A stretch of DNA of 34,473 nt from a virus. Taxonomy: Duplodnaviria; Caudoviricetes. The stretch is from the IMG/VR virus record IMGVR_UViG_3300044612_000089, positions 1-34,473 of that record. The stretch is one strand, 5' to 3'. Under the pieces are notes generated by a model. That model was not told the origin of the DNA. It did not search any database and saw only the letters and a list, made by a program, of their open reading frames with translations. The position numbers and the translations under genes are program-made. Below are positions 14,559 to 23,523 of this stretch, piece by piece. Numbering within the stretch: position 1 is the stretch's first letter; every line of letters begins with the position of its first letter.

Positions 14559-14728
14559 TTACAAGACAAGACGCAATCAAGGATTTAACAGGGCCACTTT
14601 ACTGCTGCTACTGTACTGAACCTAAGACCTACGGCTCATGCTGTGGAGAAAACCACTTTGTAGAGTTTAGCGATCTCTATGAAGAAGATAAAGAAGCAAT
14701 GATTGAAGAATATTTAAAGGAAGAATGA
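14555..14728 (+). CDS. Small Zn-binding acidic protein
   Basis: YCCYC...SCCGENHF; ATGA overlaps. Confidence 0.65.
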   Translation: MITRQDAIKDLTGPLYCCYCTEPKTYGSCCGENHFVEFSDLYEEDKEAMIEEYLKEE

Positions 14729-15330
14729 TGGTACATAAGAAGTTAATGCAAGCACGAATCATGTTGCAAAACGCACCTCTCAAGAAGTCAGGCCACAACA
14801 AGTTTGCTGGCTACTCATACTTTGAACTCGGTGATTTTATCCCCACGATCAATGCAATCTTTAACGAGGTTGGTTTGTGTGGTGTAGTCTCCTATGATTC
14901 AGAGATTGCAAGCCTGACGATCACAGACACAGACGATGGTACTAACATCATCATCACAAGCCCAATGGCTGATGCTAACCTCAAAGGCTGCCATCCTATT
15001 CAGAACCTTGGTGCAGTAGAAACCTACACCAGACGCTACCTCTGGGTAACAGCAATGGAGATCGTTGAGCATGATGCTCTGGACTCCTCTGCACCTATCA
15101 AAGAAGTAATCATCACACCTACACAGGGTGCAATGGAGAGCCTTCCAGAAGATGAACAGAATTATCTTAGAGAGTTAGCAATGGATTTAATTTCTCTCTG
15201 TGATAAAGAAGAACCTAAGGCAGCTTGGGTAAAGTTGGAATCAGAGAACCTAGATGCTGAACAAAAAGTAGCATTGTGGACTCTGCTTCCTAGCAAAGTA
15301 AGATCAGCAATTAAGAAAGCGAAAGAGTAA
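14725..15330 (+). CDS. erf: ERF-family single-strand annealing recombinase
   Basis: KKSGHNKFAGYSYFELGDF and QNLGAVETYTRRY signature. Confidence 0.9.
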   Translation: MMVHKKLMQARIMLQNAPLKKSGHNKFAGYSYFELGDFIPTINAIFNEVGLCGVVSYDSEIASLTITDTDDGTNIIITSPMADANLKGCHPIQNLGAVETYTRRYLWVTAMEIVEHDALDSSAPIKEVIITPTQGAMESLPEDEQNYLRELAMDLISLCDKEEPKAAWVKLESENLDAEQKVALWTLLPSKVRSAIKKAKE

Positions 15331-15575
15331 TGGAATACGACAACAATAACCGAGGCTCGTTGTTTAAGAACGACCGCAAAGACGATGCTAAATTTCCTGA
15401 TTACAAAGGAAGCATTAATGTAGATGGGACTGACTACTGGCTATCAGCTTGGATTAAAGTCAGCAAGGATGGACAGAAGTTTATGTCTCTGTCTGTCAAG
15501 AACAAGAACGCTGACGCTTCTTTGCAGCCTAAGAAAAAGGTTAAAGAAGAATTTGACGATTCAATGCCGTTTTAA
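15330..15575 (+). CDS. ssb: Small single-stranded DNA-binding protein
   Basis: GSLFKND..PDYKGSINVDG..YWLSAW..KFMSLSV; acidic DDSMPF tail; follows erf. Confidence 0.75.
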   Translation: MEYDNNNRGSLFKNDRKDDAKFPDYKGSINVDGTDYWLSAWIKVSKDGQKFMSLSVKNKNADASLQPKKKVKEEFDDSMPF

Positions 15576-15615
15576 GTTAATAGGGGGCTTAGTCCCCCAC
15601 ATCAAGGAGAAAATA

Positions 15616-15936
15616 ATGGATTACAAAGAAGCGTTTAAAAGAATTTTTGTTATGCCTGACTTCCCAAGAGTTAGGACTACAGACCCTATAACTTCTTTTG
15701 AAGCAGCAGAGGCTATTAAACCAGTAGCATCTCAGCATCACCAAATCATCCTAGATTGCCTAAAAACTCATGGTGCGCTAGGCAAAGATGGTATAGCTTC
15801 GTTGTCTGGATTAGATGGCAATCAAGTCGCTAGACGCTTAAACGAGATGAAAATAATTGGCTTGATTGAGTTGACAGGAAACACAGTCAAATCTAACTCA
15901 GGTAGGAACGAGAGAGAGTGGACTACTAAGCAATAA
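15616..15936 (+). CDS. Winged-HTH protein
   Basis: AAGGAG RBS; RTTDPITSFEAA..IILDCLK..VARRLNEM..GLIE..SGRNEREW. Confidence 0.75.
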   Translation: MDYKEAFKRIFVMPDFPRVRTTDPITSFEAAEAIKPVASQHHQIILDCLKTHGALGKDGIASLSGLDGNQVARRLNEMKIIGLIELTGNTVKSNSGRNEREWTTKQ

Positions 15937-16525
15937 GCACTTCTAATGCGTGAGCAATATGTTTCTGTCTATCAGCTAAACCTATTGTTCCGCCATTGAT
16001 CTTTTTAGTCATGGTTACATAATCTCTGGCATCAGCGTACTGGTTTAGTTTGTGGGTTTGCCAGAAAAACCCTGCTGTAAGGGCTGCATACATTGGAGTA
16101 GCAACTAGGTCAGGATTCATCACAAAGTCCTCTCCTAATGCTTTTCCTGCATGGAAATAGTTGCTATGACCAGTAAGCTGAAAAAGTCCTCTGCCTCGGA
16201 AACGATGCCCATCCCCTGAAGCCTCATCCCTGTTTCCCATCCTGTTTGAATAAACAGAGTTAGCAATTTTCTTAGGATTCTTTTCGTATTGTTTGGCAAA
16301 CTCTAAAGTAGGAAATCTTTTAGGCCATACTCGCATCAGAGTTTCCGCCCTGTATTGAAGATTCTCCTCAAGCGTTTTAAAGTTACCACTTTCATGGGAT
16401 GCCTGACCAATGAAAGATGCTTGTTGAGCAGGTGTTGAAATATCAAACCTAGAGAAAGTTTGATTCAAAGGCTCTACCCATTGTTCACCAATGTGAAGCA
16501 GTTTTAGTTTTTCACTTGTTACCAT
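15926..16525 (-). CDS. Endolysin, glycoside hydrolase family 19
   Basis: FIGQASHESG, EENL, FRGRGLFQLTGHSNY, AGFFW, TKKINGG..GLADR. Confidence 0.92.
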   Translation of the reverse strand: MVTSEKLKLLHIGEQWVEPLNQTFSRFDISTPAQQASFIGQASHESGNFKTLEENLQYRAETLMRVWPKRFPTLEFAKQYEKNPKKIANSVYSNRMGNRDEASGDGHRFRGRGLFQLTGHSNYFHAGKALGEDFVMNPDLVATPMYAALTAGFFWQTHKLNQYADARDYVTMTKKINGGTIGLADRQKHIAHALEVLIA

Positions 16526-17009
16526 TTAGCAAATCTCTCATTTGATTGTACGAATCTACACAAGCATTGAGTGCAGCAGTATTCCTATCACCTTGAGCCA
16601 CTATTTCTGCGATGGCTTGGAGGGTTGCTCGCTCGGCATCAGAAGCTGTGTCAGTCGGTCTGTCAGGTTGACTGGTTGTTTCTGGATTTGTGGGGGCAAT
16701 GGGGGTACTTGTGGGGGCTTGTACACAACTTGGGGAGGGGAGGCGCACCCTGCCATCCCTAATAGCACGATCAAGAGCAGACTGTTTCTGAGTGACAACA
16801 TTATTAACCTCCAAAAGTTTACCAGCAGTAGCGTTTAATTGTTCGTTAAGTTTCTGTTCAGTCTGACGAGATTCCTCATTCTTGCGAGCAATCTCAATCT
16901 GCATCTCTTTGTCCCTGTCTGACCAACCGAAATGGTATCCACCTCGATATGTACCAAACAAGGTTATACAAAGAACAACCAGAACCCAAGGTAATGGTAT
17001 GCCAAACAT
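16512..17009 (-). CDS. Rz: Rz-like inner-membrane spanin
   Basis: N-terminal TM helix, coiled coil, C-terminal LNACVDSY; next to the endolysin. Confidence 0.8.
   Translation of the reverse strand: MFGIPLPWVLVVLCITLFGTYRGGYHFGWSDRDKEMQIEIARKNEESRQTEQKLNEQLNATAGKLLEVNNVVTQKQSALDRAIRDGRVRLPSPSCVQAPTSTPIAPTNPETTSQPDRPTDTASDAERATLQAIAEIVAQGDRNTAALNACVDSYNQMRDLLNGNK
16601..16801 (-). CDS. Rz1: Rz1-like outer-membrane spanin lipoprotein embedded in Rz
   Basis: Signal peptide and lipobox LLLIVLLGMAG|C, Pro-rich mature part, fully nested in another frame of Rz. Confidence 0.75.
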   Translation of the reverse strand: MLSLRNSLLLIVLLGMAGCASPPQVVYKPPQVPPLPPQIQKQPVNLTDRLTQLLMPSEQPSKPSQK

Positions 17010-17503
17010 TAGCCCACCTCTTTACGAGCCATAGCCAATTGCTCTCTATCGTGATCTGCTTCTAGCAATTCAGGAGGAGTAGTTGGAGGAGGAGGAGGTG
17101 TCCATGACTCATCTAAATCAGGGTTTTTAAAGTTAAGCCAGTTAGGTGTTGAACCTGTTGAAGTCCATGTAGAAGTAGGTGTTACAGACGCTTGAACTAC
17201 TGGAGGAGGGGTAGGTGTAGGAGGAGGCGTAGAAGTGCCTTGGATGGCGTTTAAAGCTGTTCCTACACCCTTCTTACCGATAACTCCACCAATACCACCA
17301 ACAATCAACAGAACAATGTCGTTCAACATCTTGGTGTAGGCCATATCTATCGGGGCCATACTCTTAATAGGCTGAGTCACAAAAGTAACAGAGTAGAGCA
17401 AAGCAATAACAATGAAGCAAAGAATCAATGTGACCATGACGACCACAAAGCCCCATACATAAGTTTCTACTTCCTCAATTGTTGGTCTTTGTTTCTTGTA
17501 CAT
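17009..17503 (-). CDS. Two-TM membrane protein with Pro/Thr-rich tail
   Basis: VWGFVVVMVTLILCFIVIALLY and IVLLIVGGIGGVIG. Confidence 0.7.
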   Translation of the reverse strand: MYKKQRPTIEEVETYVWGFVVVMVTLILCFIVIALLYSVTFVTQPIKSMAPIDMAYTKMLNDIVLLIVGGIGGVIGKKGVGTALNAIQGTSTPPPTPTPPPVVQASVTPTSTWTSTGSTPNWLNFKNPDLDESWTPPPPPTTPPELLEADHDREQLAMARKEVG

Positions 17504-17681
17504 CGTTGACTTTCTTTTCAAGAATAGGGGCTACTAAATACTCAGGGCAAGTCTGGGTAAATAAGCACTTAGGCTTTTGGCAGTTAGCATGGACAAAGTT
17601 ATCGGGATTTTGACAAAAATACCTGTAGCGATCTTCGCATCCAGATAGAAAGAGGACTGATATCAAAAAGATATATCTCAT
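17475..17681 (-). CDS. Small lipoprotein
   Basis: MRYIFLISVLFLSG|C lipobox; four further Cys. Confidence 0.75.
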   Translation of the reverse strand: MRYIFLISVLFLSGCEDRYRYFCQNPDNFVHANCQKPKCLFTQTCPEYLVAPILEKKVNDVQETKTNN

Positions 17682-17848
17682 GCCATCACATCCACGGCCT
17701 TAACCCATTGAGTCTTAATCTCTTGGGCTTTTTGTTGCTCTTGGCATTGACGATTGAGTTCTGCCAACCTTTGCATATTCTGTTGATGGATAACCCTATG
17801 AGCCTCCCATAGCATCCTAGCGTTCTCTTGATAAGTGGTAATTTTCAT
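17678..17848 (-). CDS. Small Gln-rich protein, 56 aa
   Basis: MKITTYQENARMLWEAHRVIHQQNMQRLAELNRQ...; ATGA overlaps on both sides. Confidence 0.6.
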   Translation of the reverse strand: MKITTYQENARMLWEAHRVIHQQNMQRLAELNRQCQEQQKAQEIKTQWVKAVDVMA

Positions 17849-17994
17849 AACCCAATCTTTCCAAGTAAAAGGTTAACAATCTTGTCTGACAAGTCATCAG
17901 GCAAGAACCTGAGAAACCCTAGAAACCACCAAGCAACACACCCGTAGCAGAACACCCTGCAAAACAAGTCAAATTGCTTCTGGTACTCGTTCAC
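17845..17994 (-). CDS. Small membrane protein, 49 aa
   Basis: GTGA overlap; (M)NEYQKQFDLFCRVFCYGCVAWWFLGFLRFLPDDLSDKIVNLLLGKIGL. Confidence 0.6.
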   Translation of the reverse strand: MNEYQKQFDLFCRVFCYGCVAWWFLGFLRFLPDDLSDKIVNLLLGKIGL

Positions 17995-18485
17995 CTACCA
18001 CAACCGCCCTTCGGACATAGGCTCATCAATTCATTTATACCAATAAAGACTAACAGTAGAACAAAAGCAACACCACCAATAATCATGGCTATCTCTTGCA
18101 TTTCTTCTTCTTTAGCTTTGGCTTCCTTCTCAGCTTTCTTTAAAGCACTAATCTCTCTAGCATCATCCCTGTCCATCTCAGCTTGTCTAGCTTTGATCTT
18201 GTTCCAAACATCAATCTTGCCTGTTTGCATGAACAACATCTTTAATTCTTCTTCAAAGGCTCTGGCTTGCTCTAGTGCCATCTCGATCTGTAGAGCAGCA
18301 CCCATGTTAGAACCCTTCTTCTCCCTCTTTGCTTGAAGCATAGCCTTAGTTGCTTGGCTCTTAGCATCAAACATCTTGCCAATCATGGGCGCAAGACCGC
18401 CTAGATCATTGGCTACCTTACTAGCCTTCTTGACCATCGAAATGGCACTTTGTAGGCCATTTAGGGCTGTTATCGGGTCTATCAT
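17991..18485 (-). CDS. Coiled-coil protein with C-terminal TM helix
   Basis: MIDPITALNG...; IAMIIGGVAFVLLLVFIGI. Confidence 0.75.
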   Translation of the reverse strand: MIDPITALNGLQSAISMVKKASKVANDLGGLAPMIGKMFDAKSQATKAMLQAKREKKGSNMGAALQIEMALEQARAFEEELKMLFMQTGKIDVWNKIKARQAEMDRDDAREISALKKAEKEAKAKEEEMQEIAMIIGGVAFVLLLVFIGINELMSLCPKGGCGR

Positions 18486-18604
18486 TTCCGCTCTACCTTC
18501 TTCCATTCAAGGCATACTACCTTGCGGTTATAAACATCACCTGTCCATGACCACCTTACGCACCTGTATTCAGCTTGTAAAGCTAATACAAGTAACAAAG
18601 TCAT
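18482..18604 (-). CDS. Small secreted/membrane peptide, 40 aa
   Basis: MTLLLVLALQAEYRCVRWSWTGDVYNRKVVCLEWKKVERK; ATGA overlaps on both sides. Confidence 0.55.
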   Translation of the reverse strand: MTLLLVLALQAEYRCVRWSWTGDVYNRKVVCLEWKKVERK

Positions 18605-18795
18605 TTTTCTTCACGAGCCAGTTTCAAATGTTGATATTTAAAGTAGATGTTTGCGACAAGACCAACCAAGCCGATAATCACACCACAAAGCGCACCAAAT
18701 TCATTGGCTGATAAACCAAAGAACACAGCACTACCTGCACCACCATAGGTAGCTACTGAAGATACTTTTGTTGCGACTTCTGCGGTGTTTTCCAT
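18601..18795 (-). CDS. Holin (small HP1-like)
   Basis: ATYGGAGSAVFFGLSANEFGALCGVIIGLVGLVANIYFK with a basic tail. Confidence 0.7.
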   Translation of the reverse strand: MENTAEVATKVSSVATYGGAGSAVFFGLSANEFGALCGVIIGLVGLVANIYFKYQHLKLAREEK

Positions 18796-19011
18796 TTACT
18801 TTGCCTCTGTTACTGTATTTAGAGATTGCTTCAACATTGTGAAAAAAGCGTCACGACCAACTTGAAGCTGGTCAACATTAAACTTTGCAGACGATAACTT
18901 TCTGTCAAGGTCTGCGACATGGTTGATTAGTACTTGTTGTTCAGGAGTCATATCCTCGAACTGGTACTCTACTCCGTCAATCGTCAATGGGGTTTTTGTG
19001 TTGTTGCCCAT
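18796..19011 (-). CDS. Small coiled-coil protein (tail-fibre associated)
   Basis: LTIDGVEYQFEDMTPEQQ..DLDRKL; AAGGA RBS. Confidence 0.7.
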   Translation of the reverse strand: MGNNTKTPLTIDGVEYQFEDMTPEQQVLINHVADLDRKLSSAKFNVDQLQVGRDAFFTMLKQSLNTVTEAK

Positions 19012-19057
19012 GATTTTCCTTTAATGTGCCACTAAGTTCAGGTAGTGGCTTCCTGTT

Positions 19058-19345
19058 TTACCAAGGTGTACCAGTAGCCTTAACAGGGTTCTTCAGCAAA
19101 GCAATCTGAGCCGCCAAAGAAGCCTCTGTAGCTTCCTTATTAACAGATTCCCACACCCAATTAAGGACTGTGGCTTCTGTGAGATTTTCGTACGCAATAA
19201 CTGGAGTACCACTTGCCCACGATACTGTTGCATAAACTGATGCTGTGTGATCGCCATCAGTAGCAGTTGCTTGCCAATGCGCCACAGTTACAAAATTGTT
19301 TGATGTATCTCTGTCGAGATTACTAATTGTCCAGACTATGTTCAT
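19058..19345 (-). CDS. Tail-fibre-associated/assembly protein
   Basis: WTISNLDR..VTVAHW..YENLTEATVLNWVW..GTPW; downstream of the fibre gene. Confidence 0.65.
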   Translation of the reverse strand: MNIVWTISNLDRDTSNNFVTVAHWQATATDGDHTASVYATVSWASGTPVIAYENLTEATVLNWVWESVNKEATEASLAAQIALLKNPVKATGTPW

Positions 19346-19356
19346 GTTAATTCTCC

Positions 19357-19878
19357 TTAAAAACCATGATTTGCAAAAACGCCATGCAACTCTTCTCTAG
19401 CCAATTGCACAAATTCTCCAGCATCTTCTTTTGATTTAAAAGTTCCAAGATGCTTACATTTACCATTTACTTTAATTCTACCTATCCATTTGTTACTTCT
19501 TTTGTCCCATATAACACCTTTAATTCCAGAAGTGTTGTGAGCATACATACCAGCATTGCGCTGATTGTCTGCTTTAGTTGCTGCCCTAAGATTGCCAATG
19601 TCGTTATTCATTGGGTTGCAATCAGCATGGTCAACGATTTCGGGAAGATAACCATAGTGCATTAGAAATATGATTCGTGCTAGTGGATAATGTTTTTTAT
19701 TAATTTTGACAGTAACATGATGAACCGACCAACACCCCGCTTTTTTCCCTGCGTGTTTTGGATTCCATTGCTTAAAAGTTAAGTCACTATTGAAATCAGA
19801 TCGAGGGCGCTCTTTCCAATACAAAACACCATCCTTGTACTCAAACAAGCGGTGTGCTTCTTCTTGTGTCAAGGTCAT
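19357..19878 (-). CDS. HNH homing endonuclease with AP2-like C-terminal domain
   Basis: LFEYKDGVLYW; VDHADCNPMNNDIGNLRAAT..N; NTSGIKGV.W..KWIGRI..HLGTF. Confidence 0.88.
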   Translation of the reverse strand: MTLTQEEAHRLFEYKDGVLYWKERPRSDFNSDLTFKQWNPKHAGKKAGCWSVHHVTVKINKKHYPLARIIFLMHYGYLPEIVDHADCNPMNNDIGNLRAATKADNQRNAGMYAHNTSGIKGVIWDKRSNKWIGRIKVNGKCKHLGTFKSKEDAGEFVQLAREELHGVFANHGF

Positions 19879-19890
19879 GATGTTTTCCTT

Positions 19891-21993
19891 TTAAAGATTA
19901 GCGGCATCTAAACGAGCCTTGAGTGAGTCAATTATGGCTTGTTGTTCTTGGATGGCTTTAACCATTGCGGCATAAATACCATCTTTTTCAAGACCAAATC
20001 TAGTTACTGTTTCTTCACCATCTTTAGTTTCAAATTCACGAACCAAGTCTGGCATGACAGTTTGCACTTCTTGAGCAATAAAGCCATATTGCGTACCCTG
20101 ATTTATCTGATTATTTTTCCATGCGTAGGAAACTGGGCGTAAAGCAAGAACCTGTGAAAGACCCCAATTTAAATCTTGAACATCAGTTTTTAGACGAGCA
20201 TCTGATGGATTTGTACTAGTTAAGACACCAGCGTTTGAATAAACTGTTCCTGTGCCAAGAGAGTACAACTGAACAGAATCATCGTTTTTAACTAATAATG
20301 ACTGTTTAACTCCATTTGAAGAAACAACCAATAAACCCCCAGAAATTGTGGATGTGTAATTAACAGCCAGCATACCGCTTGAGTCTATACGGGCACGTTC
20401 TGTGTCGTTAGTTTGAAAAGCCATTGCACTATTTGTGCGAGTACCAAACTTACCTACACCACCTTCAGCTTTGATAACAGCTTTCAAGCCATCGGAAGCA
20501 CCATCCCAAACACCAAACTCGTTGTAGTCGCTATCAACACCATTGCGGATGATGAACGATTGCTGTGAGCCTTTGAAAGTTGCGATGTTTCCTGACGATG
20601 TTGTAGTTCCAACTAAAAGTCGCCCACTAGCATCCAGAGTCATTGCCTGAGTCCAAGTGATGGTGCTACCAGCAGTGCCTGTTGCCGCCGCTGTTGACCA
20701 AATGTGGGATCCCAAAAATTGGTTGTATCTTGTTGGTTTATAAGTGGATGCAGTATTTTGATAAACCCAATTACCCGCACTGTTGTAGTAGGCATTGGTC
20801 GTCATGTTGCTGTCATCGCCAAAGCTAGACAACCCTAATGAATAGGTTGCGCCAATCTGCATTGCTTTAGCACTAGCCCAAGCACTAGGAGTAACTCCCA
20901 AGCCTAGATTGCCTGAGGAGTCGAGGCGCATCTTTTCTGAGCCGTTGGTATAGAACGCAAGCGGTAAAGCCCCAAGAGAGCCAATTATCGGAAAACCTCC
21001 TGTGTAACCAAGGAAACCAAGAGAAGACGATGCGCCCCATTGAACTTCACCACCATAAACTGTCAGCTTGCTTGCAGGACTACTTGTACCAATACCCAGA
21101 CCTGTGCTGGTTAGGCGCATACCTTCAGCCGCATTGACTTTGAAACCAATATAAGCAGAAGATTGTGGGGCTGAAAGAATTAACGGCTCACCAGCACCAT
21201 TAAACGATTCAAGGATTGTTCCGTCAGATGTTGTAACAAATCGACCATATCGTGTATTTGCCGTGTTGTAGGCTCTTATTTCACCTTGTGTTCCAACAGC
21301 AAAGTTAGTCCCATCAAAAGTAAGCGCAGAACCGCTTGTAACAACCTTAGAGCCGTTTAAATACGCTACTCCGTTAGCAGTACCTCCAGAGAGGGTTACA
21401 TTGCCTGAGATGCCAGCAGTACCATTTACATCCAATTTATAAGCAGGGGATGCAACACCTATTCCAAGATTCCCCGATGTGTTAAGACGCATTTGGACAG
21501 ACGCACCATTGTCACTAGAAAATGCTGTGCCAACACTAGAGCGAATAAAAGTTTCATTAGCAAGAGCGCCAATAATGTAGTTTCCTGCCGTAGTAGAACC
21601 CATGTATCCAACAGGAGTTCCTGCTGAACCAAAAAAAGTAATAGCACTATCACCACTAGTTCCATATATGCTTAATTTAGAAGCAGGGCTTGCAGTTCCT
21701 ACACCAAGGTTAGTTCCATCAAATACTAAAGAACTTCCGCTAGTAACAACCTTTGAACCATTAAGATAAGCAACTCCATTGGCTGTACCTTGATTAAGCG
21801 TTAGACTACCAGACGAGCCAACAACATAAGGGTCATTAGAAGTGCCAGATTGCCAATCTTTCAATTGAGCCATCAACTCACGGATAGCATCATTGATACC
21901 ACTTGGGCTGCAGCCTTCCGCAATATTGATCGAGTCAATGTCTGTGTTATTCGCAGGGGTTGCGCTAAATTCCGAGATTTTTGTCTTTGGCAT
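19891..21993 (-). CDS. Tail fibre with C-terminal intramolecular chaperone (Peptidase S74)
   Basis: N-terminal anchor INIAEGCSPSGINDAIRELMAQLK; repeated GNLGIG..SP..KL and MRLDSSG; SDARLK..LRPVSY.W..GFIAQEVQ plus coiled coil. Confidence 0.9.
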   Translation of the reverse strand: MPKTKISEFSATPANNTDIDSINIAEGCSPSGINDAIRELMAQLKDWQSGTSNDPYVVGSSGSLTLNQGTANGVAYLNGSKVVTSGSSLVFDGTNLGVGTASPASKLSIYGTSGDSAITFFGSAGTPVGYMGSTTAGNYIIGALANETFIRSSVGTAFSSDNGASVQMRLNTSGNLGIGVASPAYKLDVNGTAGISGNVTLSGGTANGVAYLNGSKVVTSGSALTFDGTNFAVGTQGEIRAYNTANTRYGRFVTTSDGTILESFNGAGEPLILSAPQSSAYIGFKVNAAEGMRLTSTGLGIGTSSPASKLTVYGGEVQWGASSSLGFLGYTGGFPIIGSLGALPLAFYTNGSEKMRLDSSGNLGLGVTPSAWASAKAMQIGATYSLGLSSFGDDSNMTTNAYYNSAGNWVYQNTASTYKPTRYNQFLGSHIWSTAAATGTAGSTITWTQAMTLDASGRLLVGTTTSSGNIATFKGSQQSFIIRNGVDSDYNEFGVWDGASDGLKAVIKAEGGVGKFGTRTNSAMAFQTNDTERARIDSSGMLAVNYTSTISGGLLVVSSNGVKQSLLVKNDDSVQLYSLGTGTVYSNAGVLTSTNPSDARLKTDVQDLNWGLSQVLALRPVSYAWKNNQINQGTQYGFIAQEVQTVMPDLVREFETKDGEETVTRFGLEKDGIYAAMVKAIQEQQAIIDSLKARLDAANL

Positions 21994-22003
21994 GGTTTAT
22001 TCC

Positions 22004-23521
22004 TTATTCAATTCCAAGTAAGTTACGCTGTTCTCGGTCTAAGTCTTCAATAGACAACAGACCACGCATTGCAGTTGGTGCTACAGCCCTGAATGGGCCA
22101 CCAGTTATTTGTGGAGTACCACCATAACGCATCATGTTAGACAAGTCCTCTACGCTACCTCTACGCATATTAGTAGCAGCTACACGAGAACCTGCCGCAC
22201 CTAATGCCATTGGAATACCAACAGCAGGGGCCATTACAGTTGCTCCACCAGTAAAGATTCCGCTTACAGGGCCAGTCGGTGCAAATCGACCAAAGAACTT
22301 CAGCATATTTTGAACATTGCCACCTTTAGCGGCTTGCTCAATGGCAGCTTGTTCTTCTTTAGTAAACAAACGCATTTTCTTATCATTCTTGGCAAGTTGA
22401 CGTAGTTGTGTAGCAAGTGAGTTTTCTTCACCAGACTGAGTAAACTTACTTTTATCTAGTTTTGCATCGTTAAGCATATCCTCAAAGACTTCAGCCTTCT
22501 TCATTCTTGAATAAGCGTTACGAGCCTCAGACCACAATTGACCTGCGTTTTTCATGTCACCAGAAGCAATAGAGTCTTTGGGAACAGTCATTAAGTAATT
22601 GTCATATTCATCCAAAAGGATAGATGCAATTCGTCTTTCTTCTGGGTCTGTGCTTTTTTGACCACCACGAATCATCTTACGCAAAGCCTGTAGTTCAGTC
22701 CAATCTTTAGACTGAGTAGTGGATGTAAGTTCCTCAATAGCACCAGAGACTTTTGGATATGCTTTAGGCGTATAACCTTCTTCTCTCAATCCTTTTGCAA
22801 TTTTATCCATTGAATTAACAAACTCATCAGTTTTTAACTGAACACCAGATTGTTGCAATTGGTTATATCTATCTGTGGCAATCTTGTCTAATGCTTGTGT
22901 AGATAATGCTTCTTCTCTTTGAGGGCGTTTAACACCACCAGCCATACCAGTAGCCAATGTGGTAGCAGCACCATACAAAGGATTACCAGTAGTTTCTGTT
23001 ACTGTTTGACCAGTCATAACAGCAGTAGGAGAAACAATTGCTTGAGTCCTTGGTGCGACAGCAAGTTGCTCTGTAACTCCACGAGTAACAGGAGATGCAG
23101 CAGTAGTCGATGCTTTAATCAAAGCAGGAATGGTTCTAGCAACACCAGTCATTGCTTCTAATCCGCCACCAACTACTCGCTCTGTTGGAGTCTGTGTTTC
23201 AGGCGCAGCAGGAACACCTGCTCTCGTCATCAGGTTTTGAATTGCTTGAGATGCTGGTATTAGTCGCTTATCAGTAAATGGAGAAGCAACCAAGTTAATC
23301 AATGAATTCAAAGCATCAGCAGCAGGTACAGCCATTGAGCCTACTAAAGCACCAACAGGGCCACCATAAGAGCCAATCTGTGCGCCAGCTAATGTAGGGG
23401 CAACAGCACGATAAGCCAAACCTGCACCACGCTCAAATGATTCTTTAAGTGTTGGAGATTTTGGTTGAGCATTTTCTAACTCATACCTGCGTCTAAACTC
23501 AAATTCTTCTAGTTCATCCAT
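22004..23521 (-). CDS. DNA ejection/internal virion protein (P22 gp16-like position)
   Basis: Ala/Gly-rich hydrophobic segments with a helical charged C-half; third of three ejection-type genes. Confidence 0.65.
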   Translation of the reverse strand: MDELEEFEFRRRYELENAQPKSPTLKESFERGAGLAYRAVAPTLAGAQIGSYGGPVGALVGSMAVPAADALNSLINLVASPFTDKRLIPASQAIQNLMTRAGVPAAPETQTPTERVVGGGLEAMTGVARTIPALIKASTTAASPVTRGVTEQLAVAPRTQAIVSPTAVMTGQTVTETTGNPLYGAATTLATGMAGGVKRPQREEALSTQALDKIATDRYNQLQQSGVQLKTDEFVNSMDKIAKGLREEGYTPKAYPKVSGAIEELTSTTQSKDWTELQALRKMIRGGQKSTDPEERRIASILLDEYDNYLMTVPKDSIASGDMKNAGQLWSEARNAYSRMKKAEVFEDMLNDAKLDKSKFTQSGEENSLATQLRQLAKNDKKMRLFTKEEQAAIEQAAKGGNVQNMLKFFGRFAPTGPVSGIFTGGATVMAPAVGIPMALGAAGSRVAATNMRRGSVEDLSNMMRYGGTPQITGGPFRAVAPTAMRGLLSIEDLDREQRNLLGIE

Positions 23522-23523
23522 GA

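Noticed and set aside
15424-15615. N-terminal extension of the 170-aa ORF
   Set aside because: Overlaps ssb; the real start is probably ATG 15616 with an AAGGAG RBS.
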